Made by a program: the position numbers and the translations under genes. This document shows positions 37,441 through 49,900 of a stretch of 64,000 bases of DNA, piece by piece; the first letter of the stretch is position 1, and each line of letters begins with the position of its first letter. This DNA is from Blepharisma stoltei ATCC 30299. Taxonomy: Eukaryota; Protista; Ciliophora. Location of the stretch: positions 558,001 through 622,000 of the forward strand of contig CBFDEM010000056.1 of the NCBI GenBank assembly GCA_965603825.1. Reading direction: 5' to 3'. The notes under the pieces are model-generated. The model had not been told where the DNA came from. It did not search any database and saw only the letters and a list, made by a program, of their open reading frames with translations.

Positions 37441-38658
37441 ATGGAAGATGTAAGAAGAACTCATATAATTACAAATGATACTTATGTAAAAACATCTTTC
37501 TTATATAGAGGTCTGGCTATTGTGCTACTTCTTTTTATAATTCCTCTAGAAAGTTTGCTTGGAAATTACATTGAAGATTGAGGAGGGTCTCTTGTTTATG
37601 AAATCCAAAAGTGCAGGACATATGGAGGAGACCAATTTTTTAAAGTAATTTCATGACTTGGTACAAGCTTTACCTTTTTTATCATATTTCCTGCTATATA
37701 CAATTTATATGACACAAGAAGGGCTATTAAAGCTATTTTGATTATCAGCTTCTCTATGTATGCGCTTAGCATTTTGAGTTTAATTTATCAAGAGCCAAGA
37801 CCTTATTGAAAGTCAAGCGATATAAGAGGAGTGAATTGCGAAAGAGGCTTTGGAAACCCAGCCCCAGAAACAATGATCAGCTCTGTACTCTATACAACTC
37901 TTGTTGTTGAATTTTTGCATGAGAGAAAGCATTTATCAAAATATTTATTTTACGGCGGAACCATTGCCTTGCTTGTATTATTGGGATTTAGCAGGCTTTA
38001 TCTAGGAGAAAACTATCCTCATCAAATAATTATTGGCTTATTTTATGGGTTTATCTATGTGACTCTATGCTTTGCATTTGATAAGCAAATTCTTAAGCTT
38101 TCTATTCAAAGCTGTTTTAACTGGACGAAAAATAGAAAAAATGTGTTCTATTGGTTTGCAGTCATTATGTTCATGCTTTTAGGGGCTGTTGCTGTGTTTG
38201 ATGTCATTACTTTATCAAATAATGTTAGCATTGACTGGAAAAAAAATGCTTTAAAGCATTGTGATGCAAATTATTCTGTAGGTGGAGGAGCTTCATTTTA
38301 TATGTCAAGCTGAATTTTTTACAACTTGGGAATTGTTTCAGGGAATATGCATTCTAGCAAAACTGTTACGCTATTTTGGTGGCACACAAACTGAATTAAA
38401 AGGTGGACGAGAGTTATAATCTCATCTGGATTATGTGTAGGGATCTATTTTCTATTCAGTAATTTATAATTAGACTTGATCCCAACTTATGATACCACTA
38501 CCTCTTATGTATGAAAATATGTAATCCCAGAGTTTCTTATGGCCTACCTTTATACAGGAATTTTACCTATAATTTTCGTAAAATCCAAACTTGGGACCAA
38601 TATCGCTGAAGAAGATGAAGATGAAGAATTAATGTCAATAGTCCAGCAGGACGATTAA
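37441..38658 (+). CDS. PAP2/glucose-6-phosphatase-family membrane protein with degenerate active site
   Basis: EPRPYW, CERGFGNP, FSRLYLG and several TM helices. TGA at 37579, 37654, 37807, 38311, 38392 and 38512. Intron 38459..38473. Confidence 0.85.
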
Positions 38659-38673
38659 ATATATCATTAAGGC

Positions 38674-39207
38674 TTAAAATTTATTTATTTTAGCTGCTAA
38701 AAATTCTTCATGCTTAGAAAGCCATTTCAGCAGTAAATATGAGTCGTATTTATATATCACAGAAATAATACCTTTTAATCTGGCTTTATTTTCGTTATAA
38801 CTATGAGTTTGAAAAATGATTTCGTCACAAACTCCGATAGTTGCTTGGTACCCAAATCTAGCTTTTGTTATTGCATATTGGTAATCCCATTGTCTTAACT
38901 TCATAAAAGCTCTAAATAGGGCATCAGGATTTTCAATACTAAGAAGGCTTTCTTCCTTGGCAGTAAGTTCTTCTTTACGGAGAGGTCTAGCATCAGGTTT
39001 TGTATCTGGAAAAGAATTTGTGATAGGGCAAGGAGGTTTATAGTCACTTTGAGGAGGGGAAGGACTGTAGTGGCATAATATAGGATTTTGATTGGGATAC
39101 TGCCAAGCTTGCAAATGTTGGCTTGAGGGTTTTTGATGGGATAAAGGACGGCATCGAGGATCAGTATCTATAATCATTGGAAGTTCCATATTATTATTAG
39201 CCCCCAT
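38674..39207 (-). CDS. Hypothetical protein (177 aa, Pro-rich N-terminal half)
   Basis: Uninterrupted ORF with an AT-rich leader; no family recognised. Confidence 0.7.
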   Translation of the reverse strand: MGANNNMELPMIIDTDPRCRPLSHQKPSSQHLQAWQYPNQNPILCHYSPSPPQSDYKPPCPITNSFPDTKPDARPLRKEELTAKEESLLSIENPDALFRAFMKLRQWDYQYAITKARFGYQATIGVCDEIIFQTHSYNENKARLKGIISVIYKYDSYLLLKWLSKHEEFLAAKINKF

Positions 39208-39787
39208 TTATTGCTTGATTATTTTATTAAAATTATTTATGCTATTTTCGATTTGCTTTCCTTAAATTTAGCAATTTTTTAACTTGCAATTATAATTTAT
39301 ATATTTGCTCTATTCTTAATATAAATGCTTAACTTAAAAATTAAAAAATTTCTATCATTCGTTGGTTAATTATCAAATGCAGATTTCATTTATTGTAAAT
39401 TATGTGATTGATGGAATCTTCATGTTGCAATTCTTATCTGCGTACATTCTTGATCCACTAGCTCCAGATGCAAAATTGCTTGATATATAGAAAAAGCAGA
39501 GATGATCTATTTAGCAATCACATAGCTTAATATTATGATTCTAAAATAAAAGTTAAACTATATTTATTCGAGGCTTAGGCTTTAAAAAGTAGCAACTCGC
39601 TACAAAAAACATTTTCATATTTTTATACTAAGTTCTCTAAGCAGACTAAATTAAAAAGCGGGCATTTCTAAACCAATTTATCAAAAAAATATCTAAATGA
39701 TTCTAGATAACCAATCCTCATTTTCTACCCTTAAAAACGTTTAATAGTAAAAATGCTTCTCCATAAATTTAAAGCCAACTCCTGTCA

Positions 39788-41005
39788 ATGTCGAGATTCT
39801 ATATCCCAAATAATCTCTCAACGATTTATGAAGCGAGTGAAAACAGCCATTCAAATACCTCAACTCTACTAACTGGCACATTCATTTTGAACAGCGTCGA
39901 AATACATGTGAGCAATCCAATCATCCAAGAAGACAGTCCTTTTTCAAGGCATGTCTTATATTTGGTTCATGGAGAAGACTCATCAGGACCTTTTGAGGTT
40001 CATCGAAGATATAGCGATTTTCAAACTCTTCGAACTCAGCTGCAGTTGAGATGGCCTGGATGCTTCATACCTCCAACACCTCCAAAAAAATACCTTGGAA
40101 ATTTTTCTGCAACTTTTATTGAGAGTCGAAGATCTTTCCTTGAAATGTTTGTGGGAGAAATTTCAAAAATCAATTTCCTTTATACGTGTGAAGATTTCCA
40201 AAATTTTATAAGAGGAAAAGGTGACTATGAAAAGAGCATATACAATCAAAAACCATCCATAAGTGATTTAGCAATTGTCTATCAAAGTATTTTTAGTGAA
40301 TTTGTTGATATTGGGATCAATGATGAGATGCTGGTCAAGATGCAGGAACATGAAAACTTTTTGAAAGCAAATTTGAGTAATTTGAACGCTTTTAAAAAAA
40401 ATGCGAAAAATATTTATTTACATGCTGATAGCTTGAATATGCAATGGATGAATTTAAACGAGAAAATCAAAGAAATTGAAGGAGAGTATATTAAGAAAAT
40501 GAAGGAAAATCAAGAAAATCAAAAAATTAAGCCTATAGAAAGGCATAATCCTTTCAGAGAATTGTATGAGTGAGCAAAGCTGGAAGTCATGAACGTAAAT
40601 GCTATGATTGAGACAATACAAACCAAGCATGAATACAATGCGCTCAGGCATGTGAAACAAAAAGAATTTAAAAAGGCTACAAAAAATATAGTGAAAACCG
40701 ATGAGCCAATTTCTGGAACTGAATATGTCCAAAAATTCGTAAACAAGCTTACTAAGAGATCTGAAGGTAAAATCAGCATATTGGGTAAAGAAATTGATGA
40801 TTTAGAGTTAATATTACATATCATTACTGTGCGGCTTTGCGAAGAAGAAATTCCAAATTTTAAGGCTGCGAGAACTAAAGAGTTTGAAAGAATGGTTGAA
40901 AAGTACTCAAAAATTATTAATGAAGGATTTAATAATATTTCTGGTAAAGATTCCCCTCTCCTAATGAAATTTGAAGAAGAGCTTACCTTTAGCAATGCTC
41001 ATTAG
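39788..41005 (+). CDS. PX-domain sorting nexin-like protein
   Basis: VHRRYSDFQTLR...WPGCFIPPTPPK...FIESRRSFLE; helical C-terminus joined through TGA 40571. Confidence 0.9.
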
Positions 41006-41243
41006 CTTGATAGCCTGCTATCATTGTGCTTTTGCATACAATAATTAATTTTTCTAATTTATTTATAATTATTATATTAATTAAATGCATAAAATTCAAG
41101 TGCTTTTTTTAATTTCAGCTGAAATTTTTGTTTCAAAAGATACACAGATATAAAGCTCTGTGCAGATTTTGGTTCTGGCGATTGTTATTTTTAATATCGT
41201 TTAAAAAGTTGAGAAATTTCACAAATTAATAATAATAATAATT

Positions 41244-43244
41244 ATGGGTCTCGGATCATATAGCACACCTGTACATCAGTATAGCCAAGCTATTTCCGGT
41301 GAAGAAAAACCCGGAGAAACTCCAATTTATGTAAGTCCTTTAGCAAAACCATATCTTTACACTCCCTTAGAAACAGGAGCCACAACTTTGTATCAAAATT
41401 TTCAAGTGAGTGTAAAAAATCATGGAGAAAAGCCATTCCTAGGGACACGTAGAGTAAAAAATGACGGCTCTTATGGAGAGTATATATGAAAGACCTATGA
41501 CGAAGTATCAGAGCTTTCAATGAAAATTGGTTCGGGACTGCATGCTCTAGGTCTCACAGAGAAAAATGATGAAAATTTGTCAATTTTAGGGATTTATGCA
41601 AAAACTTCTGAAGAATGGATGATTACAGATATAGCTGCAATGAGTCAAAATATTACTATTGTTCCGATTTATGAGGTTCAACAGCCTGAAACAATTAGAT
41701 TTATCATTAATCAGACCCAAATGAAGGCTGTGGTCTGCTCTGTCATGCAACTTGAAAAATTAATGTCAATAAAAGCAGATGGAAGTCTACCAAGTTTAAG
41801 GATTATTATTGTGTTTCCTGAAATTAATGAAGACATAAAAGCTAGATGTTCAAGCATAGGAGTTGATGTTTATAGTCTCCAAGAAGTTGCAAATCTGTCC
41901 CAGGAAATTGTGGAATCTCCTCCAAAGCAAAGCGACGTTTATACAATTTGCTATACAAGTGGCACCACAGGGAGGTCAAAAGGTGCAATAATCACCCATT
42001 CAAATGTGATTGCTACCATCGCTGGGATTTCTGCGTCTGGGTTTTTATTTAATCCAAATGACAGTCATTTATCATATTTGCCATTAGCCCATATGCTCGA
42101 AAGGCTTATTTCTCAGATGATAATTTTCTATGGGGCAAATATAGGCTTCTATTCAGGTGATGTGAATAATATAAAAGACGATCTATCAGCTCTCAAGCCG
42201 ACGATTTTTGTATCAGTTCCCAGACTTTATAATAGATTTTATGACCTTATGATTCAGCAGTTCAATAATATGACAGGGATTAAAAAATTCATAGCTGACA
42301 GAGCGTTGGCGTGAAAAATGTCAAGCTATCATACAGATGGAAGCGTAAGCAATAGGTTCTGGGATACCTTGGTTTTCAACAAAATCAGAAATAACTTAGG
42401 CGGAAGGGTCAGATTCATGCTTACAGGCTCAGCACCTATTTCTGGAGAAGTTTTAAGCTTTTTGAGGGTAGCATTTGCATGCCCAATTGTTGAAGGCTAC
42501 GGACAAACTGAATCTTGCGCTGGAAGCATGGTTACGCGCCCTACAGATAATGAATGTGGGCATGTAGGTGGTCCTTTACCTTCTTTAGAGGTAAAACTTG
42601 TCGATGTACCTGATATGAAATATCTATGCACTGATACAGATGAAACTGGAACATCAGCCCCTAGAGGAGAAATTTGCATAAGAGGGCTTACAGTCTTTAA
42701 GGGTTACTATAAAGAGCCTGAGCACACTAGCGAGGCTATTGACTCTGAAGGGTGGCTTCATACAGGTGACATAGCAACAAGGCTGCCACATAATGGCGCC
42801 TTTAAAATTATTGACAGAATAAAAAACTTCTTTAAGCTTGCGCAAGGTGAATATGTGGCAGTAGAAAAAATAGAGCTGATGTATACCAAAAGCAAATTTA
42901 TCAGTCAAATCTTTGTATATGGGGATTCATTCCAATCGTTTTTGGTTGGAGTGGTGGTCCCTGATGAAGAATATATAAGAAATTCATGGTTAGGGGAGCA
43001 TGGAATTAGCCCTGATACGCCATTTGATGTCATCTGCAAGAGAAAAGACTTAAAACATGATATTTTAGAAGATATGAAAAGAATTTCTAATGAAGCTGGG
43101 CTGTTTGGTTATGAGCAAGTAAGAAAAATTCATCTGGAGCCAATTCCTTGGAGCACTGATGATTTGATTACTCCAACCCAAAAACTGATGCATTTTAAGG
43201 CAAAACTTAAATATCAAGACGTAATAGCAGAACTTTATTCTTAA
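41244..43244 (+). CDS. Long-chain acyl-CoA synthetase
   Basis: CYTSGTTGRSKG, SYLPLAH, EGYGQTE, GWLHTGDI, IIDRIKNFFKLAQGEYVA. Three ORFs join through TGA 41487 and 42312. Confidence 0.97.
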
Positions 43245-43267
43245 GTAATGCATTAATTATGGCAAAA

Positions 43268-45295
43268 TTACATTCAGCATGGCTCTGCGATCTGTTGGGA
43301 ATTATCCTTTTCACCAATTGAATTCTGTCTAAATGATATTGAGCTTGCTTTCCTCCTTTCGCTGCTTTCTCTTGCTTGCTCTTTTTCCCACCTCTTTTTC
43401 CTTTCATAATTCATCATTAATTGATCCCAAACTGCTTTGTTTACGACCCCATTCACTAACATTCCCGCTTCTTCCTGGAACCTTTTAACTAAGGCTTCAG
43501 TTTTTTTCCCATAAATTCCATCAGCTTTATGCCTCGTCCCAAGGGAGCTATTAAGTGCAGCTTGTAGCAGTTTGACGTCATCAGGGTCGTTTTCTGGTTT
43601 TAATAAGGAAATGTTGTTTTTAAATGGTGGGATTTGAATCATTTGGCGCTCTGACATTTCATTCATAAAACTTTTCATGAGTTCTCTGTGCTGGGAGTCT
43701 TTTGACTGGATTTCAATAGGTGAGGTATTTCCGCTAGAAAAGGAAGGGCTAGGAATTTCATGAGAGGAGAATTCCCGTATGATATTTTCAAAGCTGCTGT
43801 TTCGAGAGCCCATCCCAGAGCTTATAGGAGTGTAAGCTGTTGAGTCATCGTGAATGTGCTCAAGCTTTTCTCGGATTACCGATGCAATTTTGGAGATAAA
43901 AGAAGGCCGAAGATTAAATGCTGAAGCCATTTCTTCAGCTACTCCTTCAGGAGTGTCTGCATGAAGGTTAAAAACAAAATCCAATTTTATAGGAGAAACT
44001 TTGCCAGTTGCGGCATCTCTGTTTCCGATATTGATTGAGATTTTTATTTCTGTGTCCTGCGGCTCTTGCGGAGCATTAGCGAACTGTATGATATCAGGAC
44101 GATGCACATTTTTTTTATTTTCATTGATGACTGTTCGACTCATATTTTCTGGTATTTCTTTTTCCTTCCCTACATGACTTTGGATTTCTTTTTCTTTCAA
44201 GGTCTCTTTGGTTTTTGATAAAGTTGCAGGCTTTTCCCTCACTGAACTATTTTTTTCCTCTTTTTCATTATTTTTTGGCATTGAATGAGGAGACTCGTTT
44301 TTTATTTCTTCATAATCTATATGTGGAAGAATTTCTGGGGTTTTGTGCTCAAGGTTTTCTTCAGATTTCAGCGCAATGGGGTGGTGGACTCTTTCATCAT
44401 TTTCATCAATAAATAGAAATGGATGATCTAATAGTTCTTGCGCGTATGGTCTTTGGTCAACAGGAGCTAGACAGAGCTCAATAAATTCTTTTACTTCTTT
44501 GTCAGCAATTCTTTCAAGGACGAGTGGCTTAATTCCGTTCGTGACTTTTCTATAGACTTCAACAGGAGTCTTGCATTCGGAATATGGAATTGCGTGGGTG
44601 CACATTTCGAGTAAGCACAAGCCGAATGAGTATATGTCGACTGTCGGGCCATATCTTTCTTCGAATAGCTCAGGAGCCATGTATTGAGGGGTTCCAAGAA
44701 CAGTCTTATTGTGAGAGGTCCTCATAAAAGTGGATAGACCTAAGTCGCCGATTCTGATATCTCCAGTGCTTGAACTTACGAAAATATTGTCGCATTTTAG
44801 ATCTCTGTGAATGACTGGGTAAGGTTTCTGTGAGTGCAAATAATGGAGCCCATTCAAAATATCTCTGCATCATTGTTTAATGACCCGAAGATGTGGAGAT
44901 CTGATTTTTTTCAAATATTGCTTCAAAGAGCCACCTGTCATGATTTCAGTGATAAATATGACTTCTTCTCTTTCTTTATTGTGCCATGCTTTGATAAAAT
45001 GTATGATATTTGGGTGCATTAATTTTTGAATCATCATAATTTCGTCTCGAACTTTTTCTTTCTCGATTTTGCTCATTCCTCCAGTTTTAACAACATTTCA
45101 CGCGACTTCGCAGCCGGTATCATTGTCAATAGCTCGGTATACTGTTTTATACGCACCACTGCCTATTTCTTCATTGAACTAAATAAAGGGTACTCGAGAA
45201 AAGCGGCCTTTTGGAGAGTCTTCTACGATTTTGTAGTGAGTCTCTTTGATTTTGTTGAGGTCTTCTTCGTTTTCGCCTTCTTCTTGGCTTTTCAT
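43268..45295 (-). CDS. WNK: WNK-family Ser/Thr kinase with CCT-like domain and C-terminal peptidoglycan-binding-like domain
   Basis: GSGAYKTVY (Lys in subdomain I), EVAWN, IHRDLKCDNIF, IGDLGL. Intron 45179..45193. TGA at 45098, 44870 and 43274. TAA at 43268-43270. Confidence 0.93.
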
Positions 45296-45848
45296 TTTTA
45301 GGGTTTATTATAAAAATAATTCTACTTGATATCGTGACATAATTTTCTTGACACCTACAGAGAACACCCGGTCCTAAATCCTTGGTGTATGCCGGCGTGA
45401 ATTTGTTTCGTGCCTCAGGGAGCTAATCCCTGGGACATAAGTTTTTACCTCCAGAGACTCTTGGAAAGCATATTCTAATGATCGATCAGCACTGCTATTA
45501 TAAAAATATTTTCTTTCATATGGAAAATTCTTTTAATTATAAATAGAGATAAATTCTTAAAATCTTTTAACTGCGTTTAATAATTTATCCTTACAAATCG
45601 ACTGCATTTTTGATGTTTACATCTGCCAAAGAGATTATATCATTTTTGGATAAAATATTGATATGAACAAAAAATGAATATATAATTGGTCGCAACCAAT
45701 CATTAAATTCCAAAAAATTATTCTTCCATTTTAAAAATTAGCTATAATTTTATGAAAATACTTATTTTTTCCTTTATTTCAATAAAAAACAATAAACTAA
45801 TATATCTCTGAAAACGTATTTATTTAATATATTTTACCTTTATAGTAA

Positions 45849-46652
45849 CTAAAACTTAAAGTTTATACTTGGAGATTCCTCCACTAGGTCCTCAATCATA
45901 TCCCCAGAAATATCGTTTCCTTCTAAACTAAGTGTCTTGATGTGCTGCAATTTCTCGATATTGTCTAAAAAGTGTTTTGCACCTGCATCTCCAATTGCAT
46001 TCTGTGATAAGAAAATGGTTTGCAAGTTCGGCATGGCAACAAATGCAGCAATCAAAAATTTGATCTTCTCGGGGCCGATTTCGTTTTCAGTTAGGCTGAT
46101 TGTGTTGAGTTTTTGCAACTTTGGAAGGTCCTTGGCTAAAATTTCTGCGCCTTGAGGTCCGATACCATTAATATGGAGTTCTAATGTTTGCAATGATTCA
46201 AGCTTAGCAAATGCTGTGCAAAGGTGATGAATTCCATCAGAGCCCAGATTATTATCAGCTAAAGATAAATACTTCAGCTTGCTCAAACTTTGAATTGGCT
46301 TTGCAAGATCTTTAATTCCTTCAGCTCCCAGCCTAGCCTTTCATAGATTCAGACTATTAAGGTTAGAAAAAGACGGGAGAATTGTGGCCAGATGCGAATG
46401 ATTGGTGCAGAGGTCAATAAATTTCAAGTCAATAGTAAAAATCTGCTGATCCTCATGGGCGAAAACAGCTTCGTATAAAGTTTTGATTTTTCGGTTCATG
46501 CCTTGCTGGGCGATAAAGTAAGACTGGAGGTCTGATAACTCGGTGTTATTAGCAGAGATGAACGTTACTCTTTCGTGCGTGTCAGATGCTTTTTCTTTCG
46601 GCTTAATTGTTGATGATGATTGTCGCTTACCTGATCCACATACACTTCCCAT
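45849..46652 (-). CDS. RNI-like leucine-rich repeat protein, probably N-acylated
   Basis: LxxLxLxxNxIG repeats of about 28 aa; ORFs join through TGA 46341; starts MGSVCGS. Confidence 0.88.
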
Positions 46653-46979
46653 TGTAACAAATTAATAGAATACGTATTTAGCTGATGCAAATATATAAAC
46701 AATCATAGATAAATTTATTATTATAATTCAGTAACAGTTTTAGCTTTTTGTCTTTTAAATAATGGCGAATAAAAATCTTTAGGTGCAAAAGGCATTATAT
46801 TCTATGAAAAATTCTGAGGAATTTCACCTGCATTTTTAAGGTTTTTGTGGATAATATTTTATTGAAAATTTAAAATTGGCAGTTGCTATGTGTTTAAGAA
46901 ATCGCTTTTTAAGATAAAACAGTCATTAGCGATAATTAATAAATAAATAATATTTAAGATTTACTATGAGCTACTACAA

Positions 46980-49900
46980 TTATATATGAGTATGCCTGCC
47001 ATGAGGGGCGTCAGAGCCCGAAAAATCTGAGCCGCTTTCAGAAATACTTGAGCTGGAATCGATCTGATCCCTTGAGTTCGCTATAGAAGCTTCACTATTC
47101 TCACTCATGCATTCGCAAGAGCATCCGCTTGATCTGGAACTATGCGAGCAGTCACAGGACGGGCAATGACTATCTTGTGAGACTTGTGAGCTTGATCTGC
47201 TCTCCCAGGACCTATCAGAGCTCTCTTCCCATTTTGGGGAATCTTGATAAGACCTTCTAATATCTTGTTCAGACTTATAAGTTGGGAATCTGTCATCAGC
47301 TCTTGACTCGAATTGTCTATGGTCATAAGCTCTTAATGCAACCTGTCTTGAATCAATTTCTTTATCTTCATCAATAGGCTGCTCAAAGTCTTCAGACTTC
47401 CTAAGCTGCTCTTCGTATATTGGCTCATAAGCCCTTGTCCTTGGCTCTTCTAAGCGAGGCTCATAACCTCTTATTCTTGGCTCTTCTAAGCGAGGCTCAT
47501 AACCTCTTGTTCTCGGCTCTTCTAGCCGGGGTTCATAAACTCTTGCTCTTGGTTCTTCGTAGATTGGCTCATAAGCTCTTTGTCTTTGATCCTCTATGTG
47601 TGGCTCATAGTCCCTTGCTTCGGCTTGCCGGGATTCAAACTGTCTTGGCTCTTCCATCCTTGGATCATAGCTTCTTGATTCAATATGTCTTGTTTCTAAG
47701 TTTCTAAAACCTTCTTCTCTTGGCTCATACCCTCCTCTAAGTTCGGTTTTTCTCGCCTCAAAATTAGGCTCAAATCCTCTGGAGTCAAACCCTCTTGAGC
47801 TTCTTTTTTCAATTTCTTTTAGTTCTTGCTCTCTTTGCTTTATAATGGTGTCCATTTTGAGCCTATGTGCTCTTTCTCTAGCAGCTGAAATTTCTTCGCT
47901 TTCTTTATTCAATTGCAACCGTAGCTGATTAAAAGACTCTCTTTGGTCTTGTAGAGCCCTTTCTTCATTCCCTCTTAGCGCTTTTTGGAATGCTGCCCTT
48001 TCTTTGATTTCTTTTTCTTTAAATTCCAAATCCTGCTGTAACTGCCGTTGCATTCTTCTTTCTTCTTCTATTTTCAGTAGCATTTCTTGTAGCTGCTTTT
48101 CTTCTTCAATTCCTTTTATTTCAGTCATATGCCTCATTTCGTTGACTTTATCATTTAATATTTTTCTTTCTAGCTCTTTTTCTAAGTCTTCAATTTCTTT
48201 TCTGTTCCTCTGCATTTCGTATTTTTGCTTTTCTTTTTCTTCTTCCAAAACTCTTAGCCTTTCATCAGTTTTCCTCTGCGCATATTCTTTTTCTTCATTT
48301 AATAAATTTTCGAAATATTTTTCTTCATGTTCTCTTAGCAATTCTTGTTTTCTCTTCATCGATTGTATTTGATCTTCATGTCTCAACAATTCTTCTTCTG
48401 AAACTTGTCTAATCCTTCTTTCCCTTTCAATATCCTGCCCTTTTAGCTCCTTTTCAAGAATTGTAATGTGCTGCTGAATTTCGACTCTTCGCCTATCATT
48501 ATAGTCTGATAAGGTTTGAAGTTCTTTTTGTTTATTTTCACGCATAATTTCTAGTTTTAGCCTACGCTCTTCATCATCAATATGCCATTTATTCTGAGTC
48601 AGCCTGTCTTTCATTTCTTGCTCACGCTCCCAATTTTCTGTATCAAGTCTAAGCTTTCTCATAGACTCTTCGCCAGCTCTAACTCTCATCAATTCTAGTA
48701 GCCTTTGAGTCGCTTTAAATTCAAGAAGACTCAAGGCTTCTTCTTCAGTACGGTTTTGCATGTAATATCGATCTTCTTCTTGCTTTCGGGCAATTTCTTC
48801 TTCAAGTCTTCTTAATTCTTGCTTTCTGATCTGCTCTTGGTGACTTAATGAACTTTCAACTGTATTCTCAATTTTTTTAATTTGATTGAGCCTTTTTTCT
48901 CTGATTTCTCTATCTAATTTAAGCTTTTCTTGCATCCTAACCTGGTCTTCAATAGCTGCAGCTTTTCTTCTTTCATATTCTGCAAGAAGTAAAGCTTCCT
49001 GTTCTTTTCTAAATTGAGACTCTTGCTCTTCCAGCATGGTTAGTCTTTCGTTGATTCTTTCAATATGTTCATTCTTTTGAAGTAGCTCATTCTCTTCTAA
49101 TAAAAGCCTTTCTCTTACCTGAGCTTTATATTGGACAGAAAAGTCAGGATAGTTAGTGAATAATGGATACTCTCCGATTGGCAATGGAATCCTAACTTCA
49201 AAATTCGGGATTATTATATTTTCCCTATTATCATACAGCCTCAAAGCACCTTTTACGAGCTTTTGTATATTTATAGGATTTTGGCGATGCAGAAAATAAT
49301 TAAAATCTTCATTAGAATTTATAGTCATAATTGTAGGCCGGAAGTACATGAAATACTCTGCAGCAATAAAAATAAGGAGGTCTGGCTTGGATTTTTCACA
49401 AAAAATATGATCCATTAGAGATATAAACTCCTCTCTAGTCATGACTTCAGTAAACACATTTTTAAGCACAGGCCAAATATAGCTGCTGCAATTAACTCCT
49501 AAATTTCTGATATGCTCGAATAATTTGATATCATTTTTTTTAATCACGTCTTCGATTGCAACTAAATACTTTATTGGTGGCTCAGGAAAGTTTTCAAACC
49601 AATGCTGAAACCAGTATAAAATAAGAGAAACAGTGATTTCAAAGGTTATTAATGGATCTCCATTGGAAAGCTTTAAAAATGGAAATACTATTGAAGGCAT
49701 AAAATCTGCTTCGCCTAAAGCAGGACACCAATATGAAAGAGCGCTCATTACAACTGATAAAGGACTAATAAGGCTTTTTTCTTTTAGTGGAAACCTTTTT
49801 TCTAAACTAGATTGAGAAGGATGTAGACCTCTGCTTTTTAGTCTTTCAAACTCGTTTGAATTCGATGGCAAGTTTAATAGGTTGCTTCATATAGCGATTC

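Noticed and set aside
45296-45303. CCCTAAAA on the minus strand, resembling a heterotrich telomere unit (CCCTAACA)
   Set aside because: Single mismatched copy; neither a tract nor a plausible telomerase template.
45355-45366. ACAGAGAA resembling the U6 snRNA box
   Set aside because: The following GATTAGCATGG and internal stem-loop of U6 are absent.
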